64,000 bases of DNA, from the NCBI RefSeq assembly GCF_056712565.1, contig NZ_CM160072.1, one strand, 5' to 3'. The translations under genes and the position numbers were made by a program. The notes under the pieces were generated by a model. It searched no databases. It saw only the letters and a program-made list of their open reading frames with translations, and was not told the DNA's origin. Positions 10,108 through 20,143 of the stretch are shown here, in pieces (the first letter of the stretch is position 1; the number at the start of each line of letters is the position of its first letter).

Positions 10108-11163
10108 TCACCGTGTAATTCCCGGGGACACGACTTTTCGATAATCAGAGGGGGTCATGCCAGTATCTTTTTTGAAGATGCGGCAAAAATAGTTTGAATC
10201 CTGGTATGCCAGTTCCAGCGCAATGGTATTTACTTGTAAGTCACTGAACCGCAATAACGATTTGGCGATAGTAATTTTACGCGTGGCAATATAGTTCGAA
10301 AACCCGAACCCGGTAATTTTCTTAAAGGTACGGCTCAAATAGCAGGCACTGACAAACGATTTTGCTGCCACGTCATCGAGCGTCAAGTTTCTGAGAATAT
10401 TTTTCTCAATATGGAATTTCGCTCGTTCGATAAAATCGATATTGCCTGTATAGCCTTTTAATGCGTAATCAAACAGCTCTTCGCTAATGGTCAGCAGGCT
10501 GATCATGATGCGGAAATAGCGGCTTTCCATCATGCCATACTGGTTGATGTCTTTGATCAGCGCGGCGACTTTACGGTTAGTCGGCATTAACTTTTCCCCT
10601 TTGGCGGTCATATACTGGCTAACTATTTCCAGAAAATCGATCACGTCTTTGCGCTTATCCTCTTCTATCATATCCACCGGACAGGCACCGTTGAGCGTGT
10701 CAAAAATAAAGTTGTGCCACTGGGTGTAATCGCAATCGTCTATCATGGCGAACACTTTCTGTTTTAGGGCGCGGGATTTTTCATTTTCTCCTTCGTCGAA
10801 TGCTAGGGTTTTTTTGATGGTGTCGGTCAAGATACATTTTTTCACTGGTTTGAGCAGATAATCATCCACTTTAAGGTTGTACATGCTGCGTACTATATCA
10901 AAGTCATCATTGGCCGTGATTACGATGATTTTAGTATCGCTGTTTTTTTTCTTCAGATATTCAATCACCTGTTTACCGTTCGGCAACGGAATATTAATGT
11001 CCACTAAGATCATATCGATTTGACTCAGTTGGTCAATTAAGTGAATCGCTTTTTTACCGGTTGAGGCTTCATGGATCGCAGCGTTTTCCACACACTGGGA
11101 GATAATCTGCCGCAGGGATTCTAATTCGATGGGCTCATCTTCAACGATAACAATGGTAAACAT
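10108..11163 (-). CDS. Two-component response regulator, receiver + AraC-type HTH output domain
   Basis: N-terminal receiver (IVEDEP..., DMILVDINIP, KIIVITAND) and C-terminal AraC HTH (SACYLSRTFKKITGFGFSNYIATRKI). Confidence 0.8.
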   Translation of the reverse strand: MFTIVIVEDEPIELESLRQIISQCVENAAIHEASTGKKAIHLIDQLSQIDMILVDINIPLPNGKQVIEYLKKKNSDTKIIVITANDDFDIVRSMYNLKVDDYLLKPVKKCILTDTIKKTLAFDEGENEKSRALKQKVFAMIDDCDYTQWHNFIFDTLNGACPVDMIEEDKRKDVIDFLEIVSQYMTAKGEKLMPTNRKVAALIKDINQYGMMESRYFRIMISLLTISEELFDYALKGYTGNIDFIERAKFHIEKNILRNLTLDDVAAKSFVSACYLSRTFKKITGFGFSNYIATRKITIAKSLLRFSDLQVNTIALELAYQDSNYFCRIFKKDTGMTPSDYRKVVSPGITR

Positions 11164-11179
11164 ATGTCCTTTTCCTGTA

Positions 11180-12442
11180 TCAGGCTTCCTGCATTGGGAA
11201 CCGAAGTTTAATGGTTGTACCCATCCTGGGTTTGTTAGGGCTCATTATTTCCAAGCCATAGCTCTCGCCAAATAACAACTTCAATCTATTTTTTATGTTG
11301 TTAATGCCAATACTGCCTTTTTGCAATTTTTGGTCGCCTGATAAAATGCGATTAATGGTATCTGGTGCGATGCCGTCGCCATTGTCAGTGACTTCAATAA
11401 TCACGTTCAGGCCATCGTCCGTGGCACGGATCAGCAGATGACTATTGCTATCCCTTGGCTCCACTACGTAGTTAAAGAAGTTTTCCACCAGCGGTTGCAG
11501 GATCAAAAACGGGCAGACTACATCCAGATATTTTTCCGGGATATCGCACAGGTAATCGAAACGGTCTCTCATACGCACTTTTTGGATCGACATATAGTTG
11601 TTGACGTAATTTATTTCATTACGCAGAGTAATCAGGCCGTGACTATTTTTACGTAACAAATAGCGCATCATGTCAGAGAAATCGTGCACCATTGTTTCGG
11701 TACGCTGCGCATCTTCAAGAAAAGCTAACCGGCCAATGGTATTTAATACGTTAAATAAAAAGTGTGGATTTATCTGATAAGAGAGCGCTTTAAATTCAGC
11801 TTCATGTAGTGAGCGTTCTATCTCTACACGTTTTCTTAACTCATTAGCCAGTGCAAGATCCTTTTTACGAAGTTCGCGTTGGATATTATTGGTGTGCGCT
11901 TGTTCGACCAGATAAGACGATACGTGTAGTAACGTCGAGGCAGTAGACTCAAAACGCTCATACGGCATGCGACGTGTATTCTGGTGCAAATTAATTAACC
12001 AAGGATTATCTTTCCAGACGTCATTATTATTCAGAATATAGGAAATGCTCTGTTCTTTCTCTTCTTCGACTTTTACCTGACCGGAAATAAAAGCACCGAG
12101 ATAATGATCGTTAATCATGATTGGGACAGCGAATTCGACAAAACCGCAGTGGCAGCGATAAACCACCGGTTTGCGAGCGTGCATCGCGGCACGGCCACCA
12201 GCGTTGTCGCTTTCATAACAGTGGTGCGCCAGTGTCGGGTTGAGACGCGAACGCATGCAGAAGTCTGAAAAACCGCTGGGCTTAGTGACCGGGATACCAT
12301 TCTCATCCACAACCACGAGCGCGATCATCATTGATTTTGAAAAGTTGTCCTGCAGGGTCTGAAGGCGTTTTACATCCAAAAACTCATTTAATTTGTATTT
12401 ATTCTTCATACTTTCAGCCTGCATTTTTAAAAACATAATCAT
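11180..12442 (-). CDS. Sensor histidine kinase with N-terminal PocR ligand-binding domain (LytS/YesM-type kinase core)
   Basis: PocR-like block (FSDFCMRSR...HHCYESD...[15 protein letters not shown]...GQV), then His-kinase region ([12 protein letters not shown]) and HATPase (DNGDGI...G.G). Confidence 0.8.
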   Translation of the reverse strand: MIMFLKMQAESMKNKYKLNEFLDVKRLQTLQDNFSKSMMIALVVVDENGIPVTKPSGFSDFCMRSRLNPTLAHHCYESDNAGGRAAMHARKPVVYRCHCGFVEFAVPIMINDHYLGAFISGQVKVEEEKEQSISYILNNNDVWKDNPWLINLHQNTRRMPYERFESTASTLLHVSSYLVEQAHTNNIQRELRKKDLALANELRKRVEIERSLHEAEFKALSYQINPHFLFNVLNTIGRLAFLEDAQRTETMVHDFSDMMRYLLRKNSHGLITLRNEINYVNNYMSIQKVRMRDRFDYLCDIPEKYLDVVCPFLILQPLVENFFNYVVEPRDSNSHLLIRATDDGLNVIIEVTDNGDGIAPDTINRILSGDQKLQKGSIGINNIKNRLKLLFGESYGLEIMSPNKPRMGTTIKLRFPMQEA

Positions 12443-12674
12443 ATATTTATAAATAATTTGTCGCGAAAAAATTGAAATGGATCACAGCAACAAAAACAGC
12501 TCCGGCTCTGAAAGTAATGCTTCGGTTATTTGCAAGGGATACTCCTTTTCAAACCTTGCTGAACCAGTGCAGATACACAGGGAAACGTATACCAGAACTG
12601 CCACAATACAAACGCCAGTTACTGGCGATACGAATGGAATGACGAGGCAGTCTGTCAGAAAGCCCCACATGAAC

Positions 12675-14515
12675 GATCACCACCTACATAGGAGGTGTTT
12701 TAAAATTGATCGAGTAGGAGGCGGGATCACTCCCGCCGTCCTCTCACACCACCGTACATGCGGCTCCGCATACGGCGGTTCATGTTAACACTGGAACTGC
12801 CTCTGCTGTTCCAGCAGTGATATCAGACCCTGCCTGCTGAACCACGCATTCTTTATCGCCTGATTCATATGGCTTGACTCTGAGTTCCACCATGGCCCGT
12901 GGTTGTTGTACGCTGAGATCATCGCCCTGTCCTTACTCAGTCCTGCTCTTTGCAGGTTCTTTGCCCGGGTTAGCGGTCTCTTCCACTGCCGCTACAACAA
13001 GCAACGCAGTTTCCGTTTGATCCAGCCATCCAGCTCCTCCAGCACTCCTCTGACCTCCGTCAGCCTGAAGTAGCTTATCCATCCACACAGCACTGGTGTC
13101 AGAGCATTGATTGTCGCTTTCACTGATTTGCTCCGGTTTCCCGTCGTCAGACTGTGGACTTTCTCCTTCAGCCTGTTCACGCTCGTCAGGGCTATCTTCA
13201 GCTTCGCCTGTTTGTGCCATGTCACACTGTACCCGAGGAACTTCCGATCCCACGGGCGCGCCACCGCGCTCTTCTTCTCATTCACCTTCAGTTTGTTCTC
13301 CACGAACGCCCTGATGTTCTTCAGCAGATGGTCGCCCGCTTTCCGGCTGCTTACGTAGATGTTGCAGTCGTCTGCGTAGCGGCAGAAGCTGTGTCCACGA
13401 CGCTCCAGTTCTTTATCCAGTTCATCCAGCAGGATGTTCGACAGTAACGGCGACAGTGGGCCGCCCTGCAGCATGCCCGCCTGCCGTTTCTCCCTTTGCC
13501 CGTCTTTAACCATTTCCGCTTTCAGGTAGCGGCGTATCAGTCACAGCACCCGCCTGTCCTTTATCGTTCTGGCCAGACGCGTCATCAGGAGTCTGTGATC
13601 CACCCGGTCGAAGAACTTCTCCAGATCCATATCCACCACCCACCGTTTGCCACCCCGTATGTAACGCTGTGCCTGTTGCACCGCCTGCTGGATAAGCCTG
13701 TCCACCACCGTCGGGATGCCTGAGGTTCTCACGCCGCCATCCGGCTTCGGGATATCCATCCGGCGTATTGTCCGCGGCTGGTAGTTTCCGTCAATCAATG
13801 CCTGCCTGACGCTGCGCCAGTTCTTCTTCAGCCACGGTTTCAACTCCGCCACGCTGAGGTTATCCACCCCCGCCGTGCCTTTGTTTTCCACCACGCGCTG
13901 ATAAGCCAGCATCAGGTTTTCTCTCGTTATCACCGCTTCCATCGTCAGCGGCACTTCCGCTTTCGTTTGCCCACCCGCCGCCGTGCTGATTTCAGCGCCA
14001 TCATGCAGCCCTGACGGATACTGTCCGTCTCCTCTGCCGCTGGTCGCAGTGGCCTGCGCTTGTGCTTCATTAATCATCATCGGGTTCGGATGTCCTAATC
14101 ACAGTTAATCATGTTCGGCCCTTCATGCTGCCGGTTTTGCAGCACTACTACGGCGTCGGCTGACTTCTGCCGCCCCATCCCGGCGCCTCACGGCGCCGGT
14201 AGCACACTGGCAGGGCGACAGATCTCCCGGGGTAATTCACGCGACTTTCCTGCTTATGCCTGTCGGCTTTACGTCACAGCGTTCCGTGTGAGTATCGGGC
14301 TTTGGTGATTAGTGCCACCTTACCCTGCTGCGCCGCCTTAACCGCTTCCTGTTCGTCAGGCCAGCATTTTGCATCCAGCTTCCTTCAGATTTCACCTCGC
14401 GATGAACACCCTTGCCTTCCGCTAACACTTCCCCTCACCGGGTGTGTGGAGGACTTTCACCTCTTAGTCGTTCTTCTGCCACCACAGTTGAAGAACAGCG
14501 CCAGTCACGGCGCAC
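12675..14515 (-). mobile_element. Group II intron (~1.8 kb) inserted just downstream of the microcompartment operon terminator; ends approximate
   Basis: Minus-strand GTGCG at 14515..14511 8-9 nt after the terminator T-tract; RT/maturase ORF inside; domain V-like hairpin at ~12745..12775 (CCGTATGCGG / CCGCATGTACGG with 2-nt bulge) and GNRA-capped helix after it. Confidence 0.65.
12784..14080 (-). pseudogene. Group II intron reverse transcriptase/maturase, disrupted by one frameshift (~13515-13540) and one in-frame TAG (12992-12994)
   Basis: RT blocks 0-2 in ORF 13541..14080 (AGVDNLSVAEL, IPKPDGGVRTSGIPTVVDRLIQQA, DMDLEKFFDRVDH); RT4-5 in ORF 12992..13513 (QGGPLSPLLSNILLD, FCRYADDCNIY); maturase tail continues in the same frame past the TAG (QWKRPLTRAKNL...LISLLEQQRQFQC). 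Confidence 0.7.
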
Positions 14516-14519
14516 ATAA

Positions 14520-14552
14520 CAAAAAGCCAGCAGGCAGACACTGCTGGCTTTT
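14520..14552 (-). terminator. Rho-independent terminator of the microcompartment structural operon
   Basis: GCCAGCAG-loop-CTGCTGGC stem followed by TTTTTGTT on the minus strand, 14 nt after the stop at 14566. Confidence 0.6.
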
Positions 14553-14565
14553 TGTTATGGCGGGA

Positions 14566-15471
14566 TTAAAACAGGGGAACCAAGGTAAATAATCCAATGG
14601 TCGCCAACAGATTAATCATCGTGGTCATAATGGTGATGACCATCGCCGGCGGGTCAATATGTGTATCGCCGTGGATCAGGAAGATACGCGACATCAGTTC
14701 ACCCAATATCGCGCAAATTATGCCAACGATAGCAGCCCAAATCAGGCTACCTGATGGCACCGCTACCAACGCGGCAGGCAGCGAAATATGATGTGACACC
14801 GGTACCTGAGTATTGAAATGCAGGAAAATCAGTGAGAACGCGGAAATACCAAACGCCAGCAGCGCGCCGTTGCCGCCAAACTTCAGGCCTAAAAAGCCTG
14901 CCATCAAGCCAATACCCAAGCCCAGCACGGAAAGCTGCGGAATGCGGCTATGGTAAGGTATCCAGCACTTATCCTGCGGCGGATAGCAGTGACGAATTCC
15001 CTGCTCCGGTTTTCCAAACAGGCCAGTTTTACCGAAAACCAGACGCGAGACCACGCCAGAAATCACCACGGTTAGTGCCACGGTATCGGTCCAAGCATTG
15101 CCGGACGGGAAGGCCGGAATCTGGTTCAACCCCCAGGCGATGATGTAACCAACCGCCCCAAAAACCCCGCCTACCAGCAGCACATCGTAAGCCGCCAGAC
15201 CGCTCAACCCGGCAGTGATATCACGCCCGGAACCCAGCTTGCCTTTCTTCGCTGCATACGCCGTCGCCGCAACCCCAGCGGCAAAGCCGCCGGTGTGCGG
15301 GCCAAACAGTCCAAACGGAAAAGTAATAAAGTCCGATGATGCTCCGGTAATAATTTGCACTACCGTCATGGCGATAACCAGAAGCCCAACGAATTCAAAC
15401 GCCGCCAGCGCGCCAACAGCCGCACCAAATATGCCGCCGCCGAAGGCAACTACAATATCTAAGCTATTCAT
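14566..15471 (-). CDS. Gly-rich polytopic membrane protein, last gene of the microcompartment operon; putative substrate/product facilitator of unknown family
   Basis: 301 aa with ~8 hydrophobic Gly/Ala-rich segments; no NPA (aquaporin) or obvious EutH/FocA signature. Confidence 0.5.
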   Translation of the reverse strand: MNSLDIVVAFGGGIFGAAVGALAAFEFVGLLVIAMTVVQIITGASSDFITFPFGLFGPHTGGFAAGVAATAYAAKKGKLGSGRDITAGLSGLAAYDVLLVGGVFGAVGYIIAWGLNQIPAFPSGNAWTDTVALTVVISGVVSRLVFGKTGLFGKPEQGIRHCYPPQDKCWIPYHSRIPQLSVLGLGIGLMAGFLGLKFGGNGALLAFGISAFSLIFLHFNTQVPVSHHISLPAALVAVPSGSLIWAAIVGIICAILGELMSRIFLIHGDTHIDPPAMVITIMTTMINLLATIGLFTLVPLF

Positions 15472-15607
15472 CTAGCTTACCTCTGTAATTAAATCAAATG
15501 ACAATATAAGTAATGCAGATTGCTCTATATTTTTAAAATTGAAATAGTATTCATGCGTAACAAATAAACAAGCGCAGCATTTTTTCGCACTCTTATTACA
15601 TCTTTTA

Positions 15608-16525
15608 TTAACCGCCGATATGGCAGTTAAAACCTAAGGATTCAACCATTGCTTTTAACTCTGCCATTTGGGCTTCTTCGATACTTTTTGTATCGCCCAT
15701 CGGATACTGGCGACCAAGCAGATTATATTTATTTTCACCGAAGCTGTGATAAGGCAATAAGTGAATGGTATCGACGTTCTGCATCAGGCGGGCGAACTCC
15801 GCAATATTATGGATTTCCTGCGAATTGTCATTCACTCCTGGGATCACAGGAATACGCACAACCACTTTGGTTAAAAAGGAGATGCGCAGCAGATTCTCCA
15901 GAATCACTCTGTTATTCACGCCGGTGTTGCGCTCATGGATTTCCGGATCGATGGCTTTAATATCGGTCAGAGCAAGATCGACATAGGGAAATATCTCATC
16001 AATCACCGCTTTGGTGGTGAAGCCGCTTGTTTCAATAGCGGTGTGCCAGCCTTTGGCTTTACAGGCTTTAAGCAGCTCGCGGGCAAATTCCGGCTGCGCC
16101 AGCGGTTCACCACCGGACAGGGTAATCCCGCCGCCTGAACGCCGGTATAAATTCTCTTCTTTTTCCAGTTCGCGCATCACTGCCGTTACCGACATACGCT
16201 TGCCCTTCATTTCCAGCGCACGGGTAGGGCAAATCTCAGTACATTTCCCACACTGAATACAGCGGTCGCGATTGATAAACCAGGCATTAGTAGTGGAAAG
16301 AGCCTGTTGTGGGCAAGCATCAATACATTTTCCACAGCGGATGCAATCATTCTTTTTAAATAATAACTCTGGGCTGTGACGTTGTGATTCAGGATTACTA
16401 CACCATTTGCAGGACAGCGGGCAGCCTTTAAAAAAAGGAATGGTTCGAATGCCTGGACCATCATGCAAAGAATAGCGTTGAATATTAAATATGACGCCTT
16501 CGGTTTCGTACTCAACTTTATTCAT
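15608..16525 (-). CDS. Glycyl-radical enzyme activating enzyme (radical SAM, with ferredoxin-like insert)
   Basis: GCPLSCKWCSNPE radical-SAM CxxxCxxC site near the N-terminus, plus two additional Cys clusters (CIRCGKCIDACP, CIQCGKCTEICP) typical of non-PFL activases. Confidence 0.85.
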   Translation of the reverse strand: MNKVEYETEGVIFNIQRYSLHDGPGIRTIPFFKGCPLSCKWCSNPESQRHSPELLFKKNDCIRCGKCIDACPQQALSTTNAWFINRDRCIQCGKCTEICPTRALEMKGKRMSVTAVMRELEKEENLYRRSGGGITLSGGEPLAQPEFARELLKACKAKGWHTAIETSGFTTKAVIDEIFPYVDLALTDIKAIDPEIHERNTGVNNRVILENLLRISFLTKVVVRIPVIPGVNDNSQEIHNIAEFARLMQNVDTIHLLPYHSFGENKYNLLGRQYPMGDTKSIEEAQMAELKAMVESLGFNCHIGG

Positions 16526-16633
16526 AACATCACTCTATATTTACCAGATGAATTACCTTTTCAGATAAAAGTAACAACCAGAAGTCGTGGAGAAAGTAAC
16601 GGGCTATATATTGATACATAGCCCGTCTGGTAT

Positions 16634-19186
16634 TTACGACAGTTGTTGCTCAGTACGGCTGATTATGTCGTCCTGAACTTCTTTCGCTAAAACTACCCAC
16701 TGGGCGCTATAGCCCGCAACGCGTACCACCAGATCCTGATGTTGCTCAGGATTTTTCTGGGCTTCGATCAAAGTGTTGCGGTCGATAACGTTAAATTGAA
16801 CGTGCATCCCTTTCTTATCGAAGTAGTGACGTATCAGGCCGCTGAAGTTGCGCAGACCGTTCTCGCCAGCCAAAGAAGACGGCAGGAATTTCTGATTATA
16901 GAGCGTACCGTTGGAGGCGATAAAGTGATCCAGTTTGGCAACTGAGTTGGCTGCGGCGGTTGGGCCAAGGGTGTCTTTACCCTGACGTGGAGATACGCCA
17001 TCCGCCAACGGCTCTTTCGCCAGACGGCCATCCGGCAGTGCGGCAACGTCTTTACCAAACAGCACGTTCGCAGACACCGGATAGATACCAGCCTGGAACT
17101 GGCCACCGCGCGGGTTGGTATATTTCTCAACTTCCTGGCAGTAGATCAGCGCACATTTACGCGCTACTAAATCCACGTCATCGATGTCGTTACCGAAGCA
17201 CGGTGTGTTTTCCAGAATACGACGGATCTCCTCGTGACGGGACATAGTGCCGGATTGCACCGGTGCTGCACTGCCGGAAGTCAGCTGGCGATAAACTTCG
17301 TTTTTAATCGCTGCCGGATCCAGCGCGCCATGCTGTTCAATGATGCGTTTCACCACATCGTAGATATCCTGCTCGTTGAGCGAGGATTTCGCCGCTGGAG
17401 TGTGCGGGTTCGCACCCACCGGATAACCGAAGTTGGCGTCCAGTGCGCTTTTCAGTTCGCTCAAAGACAGTTTACGATCTTCGAATACCTGTTTCTGGAT
17501 GGCATAGACGGAGTCGCCGGTATCGGCTACGCCGAATGCTTGCGGCCCAGTAAAGTTGTAAATCGCCCCGCCTTCCTGGAGAGATTTACCACGGCCGATA
17601 CAGTCGTCGACCAGTGCTGATAGGAACGGCAGCGGGCAGCGTTCGCCGTGGGCAATATCCACGCTGTTACAGGCTTCAACCAGTTGATGAACGAAGTGCG
17701 CCATCTGTTTCTGGAACGCGGTGTAGAAGTCCTCCATGCTGGTGAACTGAGTCAGTTCGCCAGTCACTGGGCCTAGCTGTTTATTGCCAACGCGACCGTT
17801 GTTCAGGGTGATTTCCAGCACTTTTGCAACGTTAAAGAACGCGGCGTCATGCCAGCCCTCGGTGCGATGCGGTGCCTGCGGCTCTACGCAGCCGATGATA
17901 CAGTAATCACGCGCATCACGCAGCGAAATGCCACGGTTCTGCAGCGCCGGGATGATTACTTCATCGTTGTACATTGCCGGAACGCCCAGGCCCATACGCA
18001 CCAGCTCGCAAGCGCGATACAGAAACTCATCCGGAGTACCCTGCCATACGCGGATTGAGAAGGATGGCTGCGGCAGACGCACATGGGCAGTCGCTTCCAT
18101 ACACATGTAGCTCAGATCGTTAGTTGCGTCGCGACCGTCTTCTGTCTGGCCGCCACAGCACAGGTTCTGGAACACTGCGTAACCGGCAAACGCCTGGGCA
18201 GAGACTTCGTCACGCGTTTTGTTAATGTCGTTAAGCTTGATCCAGCAGCAATCCACCAGTTCCTGCGCGAATTCACGCGAGATAGATTTGTCCGACTCCA
18301 GATACGGGTACATATACTGGTCGAAACGCCCCGGGGAGATAGAATGACCGCTGGATTCAATCTGTAACATGCTCTGAATAAACCAGAATGTCTGGCATGC
18401 TTCCCAGAATGTGGTAGCACCGTATTCCGGCACGCGAGTACAGTTTTGAGCAATCTGCTCCAGTTCGCGTTTACGGGTCGGATTGCTCTCCTGCTGCGCC
18501 AGACGGGATGCTTCTTCAGCGTAACGATGGGCGAAACGGATCGCTGCGTTATAACTGATCAGCACCGCATTATAGAACTGTTCTTTCTTTATATATCCTG
18601 GTTCAGTGCGATCTAATGATTCCAAGGCACGGCTAACTTCATTAATGATACCACGGAAACCAATTTTCAGCACTTTACCGTAGTCAACACTGACATGACC
18701 GACGCCCCCGAAGAAGTAGTTACCAACAGTGAATACACCGCTCGCCATACTCTCTTTAGTGCCTTCTGACATGTAAGATGCCGCCAGAGCACTGGTAGTT
18801 TTACCCGGCCAGTATTTAAATGCTTCATGAAGCTCCTGAGCAGTCTTTTTCGGGATAACAAACGGGTCGGCAATACGGTGTTCCATAGTCTCAAACTCTT
18901 TTTCCACCCAGTCGTAGGAGAACTCAGGGCAGATTTCAGTTGAGCGAGGATTAATAGTTACCGCTCCAACGATTAATTCGTCTGGGCGAATTGTTACCGG
19001 TAATTGGTTAAAGATTTTTTCCACCACTTTAGCACGACGCATAATCGCGGGCAGTTGTTCTGTTTCTTTATATGCTTCGGTTGCTAACACCGCGCGTTCT
19101 GATTCCACATACGGCTTCGCCGTCAGGATCATATTTCTCAGTCTTACAACACGGTCTGTCGGATTAGAAAAGCCTTTCTCTAACAT
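16634..19186 (-). CDS. Glycyl radical enzyme, 850 aa; most likely B12-independent 1,2-propanediol dehydratase (choline TMA-lyase not excluded)
   Basis: C-terminal glycine-radical motif RVAGYSA; active-site GCVEP loop; size and neighbours (activase, PduL, PduP-like, kinase, Fe-ADH, shell genes) fit the dehydratase/lyase class rather than PFL. Confidence 0.85.
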   Translation of the reverse strand: MLEKGFSNPTDRVVRLRNMILTAKPYVESERAVLATEAYKETEQLPAIMRRAKVVEKIFNQLPVTIRPDELIVGAVTINPRSTEICPEFSYDWVEKEFETMEHRIADPFVIPKKTAQELHEAFKYWPGKTTSALAASYMSEGTKESMASGVFTVGNYFFGGVGHVSVDYGKVLKIGFRGIINEVSRALESLDRTEPGYIKKEQFYNAVLISYNAAIRFAHRYAEEASRLAQQESNPTRKRELEQIAQNCTRVPEYGATTFWEACQTFWFIQSMLQIESSGHSISPGRFDQYMYPYLESDKSISREFAQELVDCCWIKLNDINKTRDEVSAQAFAGYAVFQNLCCGGQTEDGRDATNDLSYMCMEATAHVRLPQPSFSIRVWQGTPDEFLYRACELVRMGLGVPAMYNDEVIIPALQNRGISLRDARDYCIIGCVEPQAPHRTEGWHDAAFFNVAKVLEITLNNGRVGNKQLGPVTGELTQFTSMEDFYTAFQKQMAHFVHQLVEACNSVDIAHGERCPLPFLSALVDDCIGRGKSLQEGGAIYNFTGPQAFGVADTGDSVYAIQKQVFEDRKLSLSELKSALDANFGYPVGANPHTPAAKSSLNEQDIYDVVKRIIEQHGALDPAAIKNEVYRQLTSGSAAPVQSGTMSRHEEIRRILENTPCFGNDIDDVDLVARKCALIYCQEVEKYTNPRGGQFQAGIYPVSANVLFGKDVAALPDGRLAKEPLADGVSPRQGKDTLGPTAAANSVAKLDHFIASNGTLYNQKFLPSSLAGENGLRNFSGLIRHYFDKKGMHVQFNVIDRNTLIEAQKNPEQHQDLVVRVAGYSAQWVVLAKEVQDDIISRTEQQLS

Positions 19187-19234
19187 ATAAAACTCCCGAA
19201 TATATTTTGTTAACCTTGCGGAGATGCCAGGGTA

Positions 19235-19810
19235 TTAATGAATAATGCTAGTGCCCATTTGAGTAATAAAGTGACGTAATATTGCTGGATGCCCCATCCA
19301 GGTAGTCGCGGTTATTAAATTACCATCCACAATGGCTTCATCATCTGCGGCAGTGACCCACTGGCCACCCGCCATTTCCACTTCCGGTTTTACCGTAAAA
19401 TATCCCGTCAGTTTCCGGCCTTTTAATACCCCAGCAGCGGCCAGAATTTGTGGGCCATGACAAATTGCAGCAACAGGTAATGTTAAATTCATCGCGTAAT
19501 GCACGATATCCAATACTGACTTATTTAATCGCAAGTATTCCGATGAACGCCCACCAGAAATATAAACACCACTATATTCCTGTAACCTTATGTCATCAAA
19601 TGATGCAGTTAATCTAAAAAGATGTCCGGGTTTTTCGGTGTAGGTCTGATCACCTTCAAAATCATGAATCGCGGTTTTAATAAACTCGCCGGTACGTTTT
19701 CCCGGACACACTACATCCACTCTGAAACCTAACATGTTTAATGCCTGCCATGGCACCATGACTTCATAGTCTTCAGAGAAATCGCCTGTGATAAGTAATA
19801 TCTTCTTCAT
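19235..19810 (-). CDS. DJ-1/PfpI-family protein (class I glutamine amidotransferase-like fold)
   Basis: MKKILLITGDFSEDYE start and the conserved nucleophile elbow AICHGP; the ORF track start at 19945 is an upstream extension overlapping the preceding gene. Confidence 0.7.
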   Translation of the reverse strand: MKKILLITGDFSEDYEVMVPWQALNMLGFRVDVVCPGKRTGEFIKTAIHDFEGDQTYTEKPGHLFRLTASFDDIRLQEYSGVYISGGRSSEYLRLNKSVLDIVHYAMNLTLPVAAICHGPQILAAAGVLKGRKLTGYFTVKPEVEMAGGQWVTAADDEAIVDGNLITATTWMGHPAILRHFITQMGTSIIH

Positions 19811-19820
19811 AAGCGGACTC

Positions 19821-20120
19821 TCAAAACTGGTTATCGTCTTCCTCAATGATTCGCATGGCTTCATGCACCGCCGCGACTTCGCCAAAAATGGCCAATGTGG
19901 TGATATGCTGAGGGCAACTGCCAAAGATTTCTGATACCACCACATTGGCGCTTTTACTGGCTACGTCGGCATAAAAATAGAGATCCGGAACCGGCAGTAT
20001 TAACAAACCAATGGCGTCGATGCGAATCAAATCCAAACGCGAACGAAACTCCCCGGGCATACGCCGTTTCAACATAGCCAAAATATCCGGGGTCGGTGCG
20101 TTTATGATTCGTTTTTTCAT
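19821..20120 (-). CDS. Circularly permuted BMC-H shell protein (PduU/EutS-like)
   Basis: IDAIGLLILPVP...ADVASKSANVVV...LAIFGEVAAVHEAM parallels the PduU/EutS core (AIGILTITP...CDIATKSGAV...GAVVLTGDVSAVEYAL). Confidence 0.65.
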   Translation of the reverse strand: MKKRIINAPTPDILAMLKRRMPGEFRSRLDLIRIDAIGLLILPVPDLYFYADVASKSANVVVSEIFGSCPQHITTLAIFGEVAAVHEAMRIIEEDDNQF

Positions 20121-20143
20121 CTTTAAGTCACCCTTCGCGATAG

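Noticed and set aside
12933-13447. Small ORFs within the group II intron region (12933..13253 minus; 13107..13358, 13154..13447 plus)
   Set aside because: Alternative-frame or antisense ORFs overlapping the RT/maturase reading frame; no independent support.
16634-19186. Calling the glycyl radical enzyme a choline trimethylamine-lyase (CutC)
   Set aside because: Not excluded, but shell complement (PduB/PduU-like) and PocR sensor fit a diol-dehydratase locus better; substrate-pocket residues cannot be verified by eye, so left as probable dehydratase.
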